NCBI GenBank assembly: GCA_040404065.1
Contig: JBBAJM010000001.1
Origin: Candidatus Fonsibacter sp.
GTDB lineage: Bacteria; Pseudomonadota; Alphaproteobacteria; Pelagibacterales; Pelagibacteraceae
Reading direction: 5' to 3' (one strand)
Length of the DNA stretch: 64,000 bases
Below are positions 1 to 10,446 of the stretch, in pieces (the stretch's first letter is position 1; each line of letters begins with the position of its first letter). The notes below the pieces were generated by a model. The model saw only the letters and a list, made by a program, of their open reading frames with translations. It searched no databases and was not told the origin of the DNA. Position numbers and translations under genes: made by a program.

Positions 1-3000
1 ATTTTAGATAAAAATTTAGAAAAATTAATTAAAGCAGGAGCTTATAATAGAGAGGATGAACATGATGCTTGTGGCGTTGGTTTTGTTGCCTCTATTGATG
101 GAAAACCTAGAAGAGAAGTTGTTGAAAATGGAATTGAGGCTTTAAAAGCAGTTTGGCATAGAGGTGCGGTAGATAAAGATGGAAAAACAGGAGACGGAGC
201 CGGCATTCATGTTGAATTGGCAAAAGATTTTTTTGAAGAGCAAATAAAAATCACAGGACATCATACTCACAAAAATGATCAGCTTTGTGTGGGCATGATT
301 TTTTTACCTAGAAACGATTATGGCGCACAAGAGGCTTGTAGAACTATTGTTGAACATGAATTATTATCTAATAATTTTTATATTTTTGGCTGGAGACATG
401 TTCCGGTAAAAGCAAAGGTTCTTGGCATTAAAGCAAATGATACAAGACCTGAAATTGAGCAAATATTATTTTCGCCAATTAAAAAAACTGAATCAGAAGA
501 ATTAGAAAGAAATATATATATTGTAAGAAAAAAAATTGAGAACAGCATTACTCAATCGCAATTAAAAGATTTTTATATTTCATCTATTAGCTCAAGATCA
601 ATAATTTATAAAGGAATGTTTTTAGCTGAAAATTTATCAGATTTTTATCCGGACTTATTAGACAAAAGATTTATTTCTAGATTTTCAATTTTTCATCAAA
701 GATATTCAACGAATACTTTTCCAAGTTGGGAACTTGCTCAGCCGTTTAGAATTTTAGCTCACAATGGAGAGATTAATACTTTAAAGGGAAATATAAACTG
801 GATGAAGACACATGAACAAGGACTTCAGTCGGATCTTTATCCAAATATTGAAGACTTAAAACCAATTTTAAAATCAGGAAGCTCAGATACAGCTTGTCTT
901 GATGCTGTATTTGAATTGTTGACAAGATCTGGAAGATTATTGCCGCTTGTAAAAATGATGTTGATGCCTGAAGCATGGTCCAAAAGAAGTAAAATTATTC
1001 CGCAGGCTTATAGAGATATGTATAACTATTTAAATTCTGTGATTGAACCATGGGACGGACCAGCTGCAATTGCTGCAACAGATGGAAATTGGATTTTAGC
1101 CGCAACTGATAGAAATGGTTTAAGGCCTTTGAGATATACAATTACAAAAGATAAGATTTTATTTGCAGGATCTGAAACTGGTATGGTTCCAGTTCAAGAA
1201 GAAAATATTATTTACAGAGGCAGAGTTGGACCAGGACAAATGATCGCTGTTAATCTTGATGAAGGTGTTTATTACAATGATAAAAAAATTAAAGATTTAT
1301 TATCTAAAAATCCTATTTATAAAAAATTTAGTCAGAATTTAATCGAGATTAGTAAAAAGTTTAATAACTTAGAAGAATTCAATTCTTTTGAAGGAGATAA
1401 ATTAAGACAAAAACAATACGCAGCAGGAATATCTATTGAAGATTTGGAAATGATTTTACATCCAATGGTCGAAGATCAAAAAGAGGCAGTTGGTTCTATG
1501 GGGGATGATACTCCAGCAGCCGTTTTATCAGATGTTTACAGGCCATTATCCCACTTTTTTAGACAAAATTTTAGCCAAGTAACCAACCCTCCAATCGACT
1601 CTTTGAGAGAAAATAGAGTTATGTCTTTAAATACAAGAATTGGAAATTTACAAAATATTTTAGGGGAGGATCTGTTTAATAAAAAAAGTTATCTTTTAGA
1701 AAGCCCAGTATTATCTAATGCTCAATTTAAAAAATTATTCGAAGTTTTAAATGAAAAATATAAGGAAATAGATTGCACATTCGAAGCTGGAGATGATGAG
1801 GCTGACTTAAAAAAAGAATTAAAAAGAATTCAAGTCGAAGGCGAACTTGCGGTAAGAGAAGGTATTAAACATATAATTTTAACTGATGAAAATATTTCAA
1901 CAACAAGAATTGGAATACCAATTATTCTTGCAACGGGAGCCGTTCAAACTCATCTAGTTAATAATGGACTTAGAAAATTTACTTCTTTGAACGTAAAGTC
2001 TGCAGAATGTTTAGATGTTCATTATTTTGCAGTTTTAATTGGAGTTGGTGCAACAACGGTTAATCCTTATTTAGCACTGGATTGTATTTATCAAAGATAT
2101 CAAAAAAAGATTTTTGGAAAATTAAATTTTTCAGAATGTGTTACCAACTACATCAAAGCTGTGAATGACGGCTTGTTAAAAGTTATGTCTAAACTTGGGA
2201 TTTCTGTAATTAGTTCTTACAGAGGAGGATTAAATTTTAGTGGCTTAGGATTAAGTAGATCGTTAGTAGCAGAATATTTTCCTGGAATGTACTCAAAGAT
2301 TTCTGGAATTGGAGTTTTAGGTATTGAAAAAATGATCAGAACTCAACATCAAAAAGCATTTAGAGGAAACGTTATTAGTTTACCGATTGGTGGATTTTAT
2401 AAATTTAGAAAAGACGGGGAGCAGCATGCTAATCAAGCAATGACGATGCATATGTTGCAAACAGCGGTCGCAACCGATTCTTATGATTTGTATAAAAAAT
2501 ATTCAAAAATTATAAATGATCAACATCCTATTAATCTTAGAGACCTTTTAGATTTTAATTTAACTAAAAAACCAATTTCGATTGAAGAAGTTGAATCTAT
2601 TACAAATATTAGAAAAAGATTTGGAAGCGGAAGTATGTCGTTAGGAGCGCTTTCGAAAGAAGCGCATGAAACTTTGGCAATTGCTATGAACAGGATTGGT
2701 GGTGCATCATGTAGCGGAGAAGGAGGAGAGGATGCAAAAAGAGCAATACCAAGAGAGAATGGAGACAATGCAAATTCAAGAGTTAAACAAATCGCTTCAG
2801 CTAGATTTGGTGTAACAGCAGAATATTTAAACAACTGCGATGAAATAGAAATTAAAGTATCGCAAGGTGCAAAGCCAGGAGAAGGAGGGCAGTTACCTGG
2901 TTTTAAAGTTACAGCTGAAATTGCAACACTAAGACATTCAACCCCTGGAGTTACCTTAATCTCTCCACCTCCTCATCATGATATTTATTCAATTGAGGAT

Positions 3001-4506
3001 TTGTCGCAACTTATTTACGATTTAAAACAGATTAACCCTAAAGCAAAAATTGGGGTTAAGCTAGTTTCGTCAACAGGAATAGGCACTATTGCTGCAGGAG
3101 TTGCAAAAGCAAAAGCTGATGTGATTTTAATCAGCGGACATTCTGGAGGAACGGGAGCATCTCCATTAACGAGCGTTAAGTATGTCGGACTTCCTTGGGA
3201 AATTGGTTTAACGGAAGCTAATCAAATTTTAACTTTGAACGGTTTAAGACATGAAGTGATCCTGAGAACTGATGGGGGAATTAAAACTGGAAGAGATGTA
3301 GTAATGGCTGCCATGATGGGGGCTGACGATTTTGGAATAGCTACAACTTCATTAATAGCAATGGGCTGCATAATGGTTAGACAATGTCATTCCAATACAT
3401 GCCCAGTTGGAATTTGCACTCAAGACGAAGAACTTATAAAAAAATTTACAGGAACACCTGAAAAGGTTGTTAATCTATTTTCATTCGTTGCCGAGGAAGT
3501 AAGAGAAATTTTAGCAAGTCTTGGTTTTAAATCTTTAAATGAGATTGTTGGAAGAACAGATTTATTAAAACAAGTAAGCAGAGGATCTTCCAACTTGGAT
3601 GATTTAGATTTAAATCCTTTATTGGTTCAAGCAGATCCAGGCGAGAACCCAAGATACAGTTTAAAAAGAGAGAGAAAAGAAGTTCCAGATAGCTTGGATA
3701 AACAAATTATAAAAGATTCTTTATCTTTAATTGAAAAAGGTCAAAAATTTCAATTAAGTTATGCTGTAAAAAATACACATAGATCTGTCGGAACGAGATT
3801 AAGTTCAATTATTACAACACAATATAAGAATAAAAAATTATCCGAAGATCATATTTTAATTAAATTAAGAGGATCTGCTGGACAATCTTTAGGAGCTTTT
3901 GGGGTTTCTGGAATTAAATTAGAAGTAACAGGGGATGCAAATGATTATGTTGGAAAAGGATTATCAGGTGCAAAAATAATTATCAAGCCTGCATCAAATA
4001 GCGAAATACAAACTTCCAAAAATACAATTATTGGTAATACAGTGTTATATGGCGCAACATCTGGATTACTACTTGCTGCAGGACAAGCAGGAGAAAGATT
4101 TGCGGTTAGAAATTCAGGTGCCACAGCTGTTGTTGAAGGTTGCGGAACAAATGGTTGTGAATATATGACAGGTGGTAATGTTGTTATCTTAGGTGAAATT
4201 GGCGATAATTTTGCAGCAGGAATGACAGGTGGAATGGCATTTGTTTATGACCCTGAAAACAATTTTGAGAACTATGTAAATCCTGCCTCTGTTATCTGGC
4301 AAAGAATTGAGACGGATTATTGGAGTAAGTTTCTTTTAGATTTAATACAATTACATGCAAAAGAAACTCAATCAGCTTATTCAAAGAAAATTATTCAGCA
4401 GTGGAGTAATGAAAAGAGTAGTTTTTATCAAGTTTGCCCTAAAGAAATGTTAGATAAGTTAAAACACCCATTATCGAATAAGGCAGTTCATGAAAAAGCG
4501 GTTTAA
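1..4506 (+). CDS. gltB: Glutamate synthase large subunit (5'-partial; ORF open from base 1)
   Basis: Frame 1 is open from base 1 (ILDKNLEK...EHDACGVGF, glutamine-amidotransferase Cys at 70-72). Motifs HQRYSTNT, HNGEINT, EPWDGPA, QGAKPGEGGQLPG and the 3Fe-4S CHSNTCPVGIC are present. The ORF-track start at 217 is internal. Confidence 0.97.
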   Translation: MLDKNLEKLIKAGAYNREDEHDACGVGFVASIDGKPRREVVENGIEALKAVWHRGAVDKDGKTGDGAGIHVELAKDFFEEQIKITGHHTHKNDQLCVGMIFLPRNDYGAQEACRTIVEHELLSNNFYIFGWRHVPVKAKVLGIKANDTRPEIEQILFSPIKKTESEELERNIYIVRKKIENSITQSQLKDFYISSISSRSIIYKGMFLAENLSDFYPDLLDKRFISRFSIFHQRYSTNTFPSWELAQPFRILAHNGEINTLKGNINWMKTHEQGLQSDLYPNIEDLKPILKSGSSDTACLDAVFELLTRSGRLLPLVKMMLMPEAWSKRSKIIPQAYRDMYNYLNSVIEPWDGPAAIAATDGNWILAATDRNGLRPLRYTITKDKILFAGSETGMVPVQEENIIYRGRVGPGQMIAVNLDEGVYYNDKKIKDLLSKNPIYKKFSQNLIEISKKFNNLEEFNSFEGDKLRQKQYAAGISIEDLEMILHPMVEDQKEAVGSMGDDTPAAVLSDVYRPLSHFFRQNFSQVTNPPIDSLRENRVMSLNTRIGNLQNILGEDLFNKKSYLLESPVLSNAQFKKLFEVLNEKYKEIDCTFEAGDDEADLKKELKRIQVEGELAVREGIKHIILTDENISTTRIGIPIILATGAVQTHLVNNGLRKFTSLNVKSAECLDVHYFAVLIGVGATTVNPYLALDCIYQRYQKKIFGKLNFSECVTNYIKAVNDGLLKVMSKLGISVISSYRGGLNFSGLGLSRSLVAEYFPGMYSKISGIGVLGIEKMIRTQHQKAFRGNVISLPIGGFYKFRKDGEQHANQAMTMHMLQTAVATDSYDLYKKYSKIINDQHPINLRDLLDFNLTKKPISIEEVESITNIRKRFGSGSMSLGALSKEAHETLAIAMNRIGGASCSGEGGEDAKRAIPRENGDNANSRVKQIASARFGVTAEYLNNCDEIEIKVSQGAKPGEGGQLPGFKVTAEIATLRHSTPGVTLISPPPHHDIYSIEDLSQLIYDLKQINPKAKIGVKLVSSTGIGTIAAGVAKAKADVILISGHSGGTGASPLTSVKYVGLPWEIGLTEANQILTLNGLRHEVILRTDGGIKTGRDVVMAAMMGADDFGIATTSLIAMGCIMVRQCHSNTCPVGICTQDEELIKKFTGTPEKVVNLFSFVAEEVREILASLGFKSLNEIVGRTDLLKQVSRGSSNLDDLDLNPLLVQADPGENPRYSLKRERKEVPDSLDKQIIKDSLSLIEKGQKFQLSYAVKNTHRSVGTRLSSIITTQYKNKKLSEDHILIKLRGSAGQSLGAFGVSGIKLEVTGDANDYVGKGLSGAKIIIKPASNSEIQTSKNTIIGNTVLYGATSGLLLAAGQAGERFAVRNSGATAVVEGCGTNGCEYMTGGNVVILGEIGDNFAAGMTGGMAFVYDPENNFENYVNPASVIWQRIETDYWSKFLLDLIQLHAKETQSAYSKKIIQQWSNEKSSFYQVCPKEMLDKLKHPLSNKAVHEKAV

Positions 4507-5386
4507 ATCAATCAATCTAGTTTGTTTTGGTTTCGGTTTAACAGCTCAGTACTTTGTGCGAGAGCTTTTAAAAAATAAATACAAAGTCAATTTAATAACA
4601 ACTTCAAGATCTAAAGTTTTAAATAAAAAATTTGAGAATGTTGTTTATAAAAATTTTTATTTTGAGGATTATAAATTTGATAAAAAAATCACAAAATATA
4701 TTTTATCAGCAACTCATATTTTAATATCAGTACCACCAAAAGACAGAAGAGACCTTGTTGTTGAAAATTTTTATGACGAGATTGTTTCAAGTAAAAAAAT
4801 TAAATGGTTAGCGTATCTTTCATCCACAAGTGTTTATGGAAACCATAATAGCAAGTGGGTTAGTGAGAGTAGCAAATTATTAAGTAGAAACTACACAGGA
4901 ATTAATAGAATTGTAGCTGAGAATAATTGGCTTAAACTACATAGGCATCAATCAATTCCAACAAGAATATTTAGGTTGTCCGGAATTTATTCTACAGAAA
5001 GAAATATTTTTCTAAGATTAGCTAATGGTCAAGTTCGATATGTTAAAAAAAATAATCATTTTTTTTCAAGAATTCATGTTGCTGACATAGCCCAGGTTTT
5101 ATTTAAATCACTAACTTATTCAAAAGCAGGAGAGATTTATAATATTGCTGATAATAAGCCATGTCCTTATGAGCAGACTGTATTTTATGCCTGTAGTTTG
5201 ATGGGCATTAAAACTTTAAAACCTCTTTCGTTTAATGATTTAAAAGAAGGTGAGATGAAAGATTTTTATAAAGATTCAAAAAAAGTTAGTAATAAAAAAA
5301 TTAAAGAAGATTTAAAGGTAAAATTATATTTTCCAACATACAAAGAAGGTTTAAAAAATATTTTAAAGAATATTTTTAATAGCTAG
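4490..5386 (+). CDS. NAD(P)-dependent epimerase/dehydratase (extended SDR family)
   Basis: N-terminal Rossmann-like CFGFGLTA, YLSSTSVYG, RLSGIY, SRIHVADIA, YNIADN, SKKVSN, FPTYKEGL. Confidence 0.8.
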   Translation: MKKRFKSINLVCFGFGLTAQYFVRELLKNKYKVNLITTSRSKVLNKKFENVVYKNFYFEDYKFDKKITKYILSATHILISVPPKDRRDLVVENFYDEIVSSKKIKWLAYLSSTSVYGNHNSKWVSESSKLLSRNYTGINRIVAENNWLKLHRHQSIPTRIFRLSGIYSTERNIFLRLANGQVRYVKKNNHFFSRIHVADIAQVLFKSLTYSKAGEIYNIADNKPCPYEQTVFYACSLMGIKTLKPLSFNDLKEGEMKDFYKDSKKVSNKKIKEDLKVKLYFPTYKEGLKNILKNIFNS

Positions 5387-6115
5387 ATCCAATTTTTTAA
5401 GATCTGTAGCTCTTGATAAGCTATGCCCCCCATCTTCAATAATAGTTATTTTTATATTTTTACTTATTAAAGCTTTAGTTAATAAAAGTGAGTAATTCCA
5501 AGGTACAGAATTGTCATTAATTCCATGTATAAGTTCAATTGGGAAATTGCATTTAATTTTTTTATTTAAGACTAATAGTTTTTTTCCATCAAATATAAAT
5601 TTTTTTGTTATAGGATAAAAATTATTATGACTGCTTTTTAATTTATAAATTCTATTTTGTATTATTTTTTGTTTTTCAAAAGTATTGAATTTTTTCCACA
5701 TCAGTTCTTCAGTAAAATCAGGAGCAGGAGCAATACCAATAAAGGCCTTAATTCTTTTATGAAAGTATTTAATTAAGTGAATACCAACCCAAGCCCCCAT
5801 GCTTGAGCCAATTAAAATTATTCTATTTTTTTTGGCTATTTTTTCTATGATTGCTTTTGAATCTTCTATCCAATTTTTAATACTAAAGTCTGTAAATTTT
5901 CCCGATGATTTACCATGACCGCTATATTCAAATAATAATAAATTTATTTTATTTTTTTTACTAAATTTTTGTAAGTGTTTTGCCTTTTTACTTTTAATAT
6001 TTGACATAAGTCTATGAAGAAAAATAATTATAATTGGACTTTTTTTATTAATAAATTTGTAATGAATTTTTTGATTATTCTTTGTTAAAAAAAAATTTTG
6101 CTTTGGATTCTTCAT
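5363..6115 (-). CDS. Alpha/beta hydrolase
   Basis: Nucleophile elbow GSSMG, FEYSGHGKSSG, IAPAPDFTE, HGINDNSVP and GGHSLS (Ser-Asp-His triad candidates). Confidence 0.85.
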   Translation of the reverse strand: MKNPKQNFFLTKNNQKIHYKFINKKSPIIIIFLHRLMSNIKSKKAKHLQKFSKKNKINLLLFEYSGHGKSSGKFTDFSIKNWIEDSKAIIEKIAKKNRIILIGSSMGAWVGIHLIKYFHKRIKAFIGIAPAPDFTEELMWKKFNTFEKQKIIQNRIYKLKSSHNNFYPITKKFIFDGKKLLVLNKKIKCNFPIELIHGINDNSVPWNYSLLLTKALISKNIKITIIEDGGHSLSRATDLKKLDLAIKNIL

Positions 6116-6141
6116 TGTTAAAAGTATAGCATATTAATTTA

Positions 6142-7281
6142 ATGGACAAAAAAATTCGTTTATTACAAGTTATTCCGAAATTAGATATAGGTGGAGCAGA
6201 AACAGGCTGTATAGATATTGCAAAATTTATAGCTAATCAAAACTATTATTCAGCAATTTTATGTTCTGGAGGTAAGCAAATTAAAAATATAGACCAATCA
6301 AAAATAAAAATTTTTATATTTCCAGTTCATAGCAAAAACCCTTTATTAATTTTATTTAATATATTTGTAATTTTATTTATCGTTTTATTTCATAAAATTA
6401 ATATCATTCATGTTCGTAGTAGAGCGCCAGCCTGGTCTTGTTACTTTGCTAGCAAATTTTCCAATGTCTGTTTAATTTCTACTTTTCACGGAACTTATAA
6501 TTTTAATAATTTTTTTAAAAAATTTTATAATTCAATTATGTTAAGAGGAAATGCTGTTATTGCTGGTTCAAAATTTATTTTTGATCATATTAAAAAAAAT
6601 TATAACAGTTTTAAACAGCTATTTGTTGTTCCTAGAGGAATAGATATTAGTTATTTTGACCCAAAAAATTCAAATATTGAAGAATCAGATAAAGTTAGAA
6701 ATCGTTGGAATGTATCTGTTAATAATTTTTTAATTTTACTTCCCGGCAGATTAACTTCCTGGAAAGGTCAAGCATTCTTTTTAAAAACTTTGTTACTTCT
6801 TAAAGAAGAGAATTTGCTACAGAATATTAACGCGGTTATACTTGGGGATGATCAAGGAAGAATTCAGTATAAACGAAGTTTATTAAAATTTATTAATGAA
6901 CATAATTTGGAAAGTCAGGTTAAAATAATTTCTAATGAATCTTTTATGCCATCCGCTTATAACGCATGTGATTTAGTTTTGTCGGCTTCGGTTGAACCAG
7001 AAGCCTTTGGTAGAGTGGCAGTAGAAGCTCAAGCAATGGAAAAACCAATTCTTGCAAGCAATATTGGAGGTTCCGTTGAGACAGTAGTTGATGGTCAAAC
7101 AGGTTGGTTATTTAAATCTAATAATGAAAAAGATTTAGCAAATTTTATTGTTAATATTTCTAAAAAAGACAAAAGCTCCTTAAAAGAATTTGGATCAAAA
7201 GGGCGAAAGAACGTTAGCGGCAATTACACAGTTGATCAGATGTGTTCTAAAACACTAGAAATTTATAAATCCTTAGTTTAA
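6142..7281 (+). CDS. Glycosyltransferase family 4 (GT-B)
   Basis: GGAE N-terminal motif, HVRSRAPAW, PGRLTSWKGQ, and EAFGRVAVEAQAM (EX7E motif). Confidence 0.9.
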   Translation: MDKKIRLLQVIPKLDIGGAETGCIDIAKFIANQNYYSAILCSGGKQIKNIDQSKIKIFIFPVHSKNPLLILFNIFVILFIVLFHKINIIHVRSRAPAWSCYFASKFSNVCLISTFHGTYNFNNFFKKFYNSIMLRGNAVIAGSKFIFDHIKKNYNSFKQLFVVPRGIDISYFDPKNSNIEESDKVRNRWNVSVNNFLILLPGRLTSWKGQAFFLKTLLLLKEENLLQNINAVILGDDQGRIQYKRSLLKFINEHNLESQVKIISNESFMPSAYNACDLVLSASVEPEAFGRVAVEAQAMEKPILASNIGGSVETVVDGQTGWLFKSNNEKDLANFIVNISKKDKSSLKEFGSKGRKNVSGNYTVDQMCSKTLEIYKSLV

Positions 7282-7289
7282 TAAGAGGT

Positions 7290-9206
7290 ATGCTTAACAT
7301 TACACTTCTGGATGGAAAAAAACTTCAATTTCCAGGAAAAGTTAATGGGCATGAAATAGCAAAAACTATTAGCCCTTCGCTTGCAAAAAAAGCTTTAGTT
7401 ATAAAAGTAAATGATAGTTTCAAAGATTTAAGCACGGTCATTGAAAAAGATTCTACTATCCAAATTATTACCCTGGAAGATGATTACGGACTAGAAGTAA
7501 TAAGACATGATACTGCGCATGTACTTGCTATGGCAGTTCAAGAATTATTCAAAGATACTCAAGTTACTATCGGTCCAGTTATCGAAAATGGTTTTTATTA
7601 TGATTTTTCTAGAAAAAAACCTTTTACTGATGAGGATTTATTAAAGATCGAAGAAAAAATGAGAGAAATTATTGATCGAGACGAAACCACAACAAGAGAA
7701 GTCTGGGATAGAGAAAAAGCTATAGAGCATTTTAAAAAAAAAGGTGAATTATATAAAGCTGAAATAATAAAAAGTATTCCAACTAAAGAAGAAATTTCAA
7801 TTTATTTTCATGGTCAGTGGCATGATTTATGTAGAGGTCCGCATCTTTCTTCTACAGGTAAAATAGGAAAAGCATTTAAGCTAATGAAACTAGCAGGAGC
7901 TTATTGGCGAGGAGATTCAAAAAATGAAATGCTGCAAAGAATTTATGGAACATGCTGGAGAAATAAAAAAGAGTTAGATGAATATTTACATAGAATTGAA
8001 GAGACTGAAAAAAGAGATCATCGCAAACTTGGTAAAAGTATGAATTTATTTCATTTTCAAGAAGAAAGTCCCGGAGCTGTTTTTTGGCATGAAAGTGGTT
8101 GGCAGTTATTTCAGTCGTTAATTGATTTTATGCGACAAAAACAAAATGAAGCTGGTTATCGAGAAGTTAATACGCCTGATATTTTAGATAAAACATTATG
8201 GGAAAAATCTGGTCACTGGGAAAAATTTCAAGAACATATGTACACAACAACAACTCCGGATGAGAGAGTGTTCGCAATCAAGCCTATGAATTGTCCTGGT
8301 TGTGTTCAGATTTTTAATCAAGGATTAAAAAGTTACAGAGATTTACCTCTAAAATTATCAGAGTTTGGTAAAGTGCATCGTTACGAAAGTTCAGGATCTT
8401 TGCATGGACTAATGAGAGTTAGATCTTTTACTCAAGATGATGCTCATATTTTTTGCACAGAAAATCAAATTACAGAAGAATCATTAAAAGTTACCAAATT
8501 AATCTTAGATATTTATAAGGCGTTTGGTTTTGAAAATGTAATTTTAAAATATTCTGATCGTCCGGCAAAAAGAGTTGGAGATGATAAGCTTTGGGATAAA
8601 GCAGAAGCTGCATTACTAGAAGCTGTGAAAGCATCGAAATTAGATTATTCTATTAATAAAGGTGAAGGAGCATTTTATGGTCCTAAAATTGAATTTGTTT
8701 TAAGAGATACAATCGGTCGTGATTGGCAGTGTGGAACTTTGCAAGTAGATTTAAATTTACCTGGAAGATTAGGAGCTACTTATATTGACAAAGATGGAGT
8801 TAAAAAGAGTCCTGTTATGTTGCATCGAGCATTATTTGGATCACTTGAAAGATTTATAGGTATTTTAATCGAACATTATGCAGGCAAACTTCCGTTGTGG
8901 TTATCACCAAAACAAGTTGCTATACTTCCAATTTCTCAAGAATTTGATGATTATGCAAAAAAAGTATCAGCTGAACTTGATAAAAATAAAATAAGGAATA
9001 TTATCGATCTTAAGAATGAAAAAATTAACTACAAAATTAGAGAACACTCTTTATCTAAGACTCCAGTTTTAATGATTTGTGGATCTAAAGAACAAGAGAG
9101 TGAATCAATTACACTTCGAAGACTTGGACAAGAAAAACAAGATACATTACCTTTAAAAGAAGCTGTGAGTTTATTAGTTAAAGAATCTTCAGCACCAAAA
9201 ATCTAG
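7290..9206 (+). CDS. thrS: Threonyl-tRNA synthetase
   Basis: TGS domain, RHDTAH, DLCRGPH, RDHRKLG, KPMNCP, GAFYGPK, WQCGTLQVD, MLHRALFGSLERF. SD GAGG at 7285-7288. Confidence 0.98.
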   Translation: MLNITLLDGKKLQFPGKVNGHEIAKTISPSLAKKALVIKVNDSFKDLSTVIEKDSTIQIITLEDDYGLEVIRHDTAHVLAMAVQELFKDTQVTIGPVIENGFYYDFSRKKPFTDEDLLKIEEKMREIIDRDETTTREVWDREKAIEHFKKKGELYKAEIIKSIPTKEEISIYFHGQWHDLCRGPHLSSTGKIGKAFKLMKLAGAYWRGDSKNEMLQRIYGTCWRNKKELDEYLHRIEETEKRDHRKLGKSMNLFHFQEESPGAVFWHESGWQLFQSLIDFMRQKQNEAGYREVNTPDILDKTLWEKSGHWEKFQEHMYTTTTPDERVFAIKPMNCPGCVQIFNQGLKSYRDLPLKLSEFGKVHRYESSGSLHGLMRVRSFTQDDAHIFCTENQITEESLKVTKLILDIYKAFGFENVILKYSDRPAKRVGDDKLWDKAEAALLEAVKASKLDYSINKGEGAFYGPKIEFVLRDTIGRDWQCGTLQVDLNLPGRLGATYIDKDGVKKSPVMLHRALFGSLERFIGILIEHYAGKLPLWLSPKQVAILPISQEFDDYAKKVSAELDKNKIRNIIDLKNEKINYKIREHSLSKTPVLMICGSKEQESESITLRRLGQEKQDTLPLKEAVSLLVKESSAPKI

Positions 9207-9216
9207 GAGTATAGTT

Positions 9217-9777
9217 ATTAATCAAAATTTTCAAAATAACAGAAGTAATTTTAGGTCCAACAGTTCTTCAAATCGCGGACCAAAAGTAAACGATAGAATT
9301 AGAGCAACCGATGTTCAGCTAATTGGAAGTGATGGTCAAAATATTGGAATCGTTTCTTTAAATGATGCGCTAATGACTGCAAAGGAGCAGGGTTTAGATT
9401 TAATTGAAATTGCTCCAAATGCAAAACCACCTGTTTGTAAAATAACTGATTTTGGGAAATATAAATATGAATTGCAAAAAAAAGCAAGCCAAGCAAAAAA
9501 GAAACAAAAAGTAGTAACTCTTAAAGAAATTAAAATGAGACCAGGAACGGATGTTCATGATTATAATTTTAAAATGAAAGCAACTGAGAAATTTTTAGCT
9601 AAAGGAGATAAAGTAAAATTTACAATTAAATTCAAAGGAAGAGAAATGCAGCATTTACAATTGGCCAAAGATCTAGCAGGTAGAATTGTGAGCGACTTAA
9701 AAATAACTGGCAAAGTTGAACAAGCTCCAAAAATGGAAGGCAAGCAAATGACTTTCATTATTCAGCCGCTAAAATAG
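9217..9777 (+). CDS. infC: Translation initiation factor IF-3 (non-AUG ATT start)
   Basis: The frame is open upstream of the ORF-track ATG (9373) and encodes the IF3 N-domain (KVNDRIRATDVQLIGSDGQNIG). AGGAG at 9205-9209 lies 7 nt before ATT at 9217. C-domain KEIKMRP...KGDKVK...FKGRE. Confidence 0.93.
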   Translation: MNQNFQNNRSNFRSNSSSNRGPKVNDRIRATDVQLIGSDGQNIGIVSLNDALMTAKEQGLDLIEIAPNAKPPVCKITDFGKYKYELQKKASQAKKKQKVVTLKEIKMRPGTDVHDYNFKMKATEKFLAKGDKVKFTIKFKGREMQHLQLAKDLAGRIVSDLKITGKVEQAPKMEGKQMTFIIQPLK

Positions 9778-9800
9778 CAGTTTCTTCACCTTCATACTTA

Positions 9801-9829
9801 TTGTTTTTCATCTTTAATATTAGTATAAA
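9801..9829 (+). promoter_or_regulatory. Putative sigma70 promoter for rpmI-rplT-pheS-pheT
   Basis: TTGTTT (9801-9806), 17-nt spacer, TATAAA (9824-9829), ending 17 nt before the rpmI ATG. Confidence 0.5.
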
Positions 9830-9846
9830 CCGCAGGTATTTATTTT

Positions 9847-10053
9847 ATGTATAAGATTAAAACTAAGAGCTCAGCTAAAAAAAGATTTAGAATTACAGCA
9901 ACAGGTAAAGTAAAAATGCCACAAGCGGGAAAGAGACACGGCATGATTAAAAGAAGTAATTCACAAATTCGAAAACAAAGAGGAATGGCAATTATGTCAA
10001 AGTCTGACGCGAAGATTGTTAAATCCTACATGCCAAACAGTTTAAGAGGTTAA
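9847..10053 (+). CDS. rpmI: 50S ribosomal protein L35
   Basis: [18 protein letters not shown]...AGKRHGM; located between infC and rplT. Confidence 0.96.
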   Translation: MYKIKTKSSAKKRFRITATGKVKMPQAGKRHGMIKRSNSQIRKQRGMAIMSKSDAKIVKSYMPNSLRG

Positions 10054-10056
10054 CTT

Positions 10057-10413
10057 ATGTCACGAGTTAAACGAGGGGTAGCAAGTCACGCAAAACATAA
10101 AAAAGTTTTAAAAGCTGCTAAGGGTTTTTACGGAAGAAGAAAAAACACAATTAGAACTGCTAAACAATCAGTAGAAAAATCTTTACAATATTCGTACAGA
10201 GATAGAAGAACTAAAAAAAGAAATTTTAGGTCGCTTTGGATACAAAGAATTAATGCTGGCGTTAGAGAACAAGGTTTAACATATTCTAAATTTATTAGTG
10301 GTCTTATTAAATCAAAAATTTCTATTGATAGAAAAATTTTAGCAGATTTAGCCTACCAAAATCCAGAGGCTTTTAAATCCATCGTAAAAAAGGTACAGTC
10401 TAGCCTAAACTAG
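10057..10413 (+). CDS. rplT: 50S ribosomal protein L20
   Basis: MSRVKRG...AKGFYGRR...[21 protein letters not shown]. Confidence 0.98.
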   Translation: MSRVKRGVASHAKHKKVLKAAKGFYGRRKNTIRTAKQSVEKSLQYSYRDRRTKKRNFRSLWIQRINAGVREQGLTYSKFISGLIKSKISIDRKILADLAYQNPEAFKSIVKKVQSSLN

Positions 10414-10446
10414 AAAAACTAGTTCCATAAATACTAGTAGATCACC

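Noticed and set aside
10408-10438. ACTAGT-N9-ACTAGT hairpin between rplT and pheS, considered as a pheM-type attenuator
   Set aside because: The spacer is only 33 nt, with no Phe-rich leader ORF and no terminator; at most a weak AU-rich stem.
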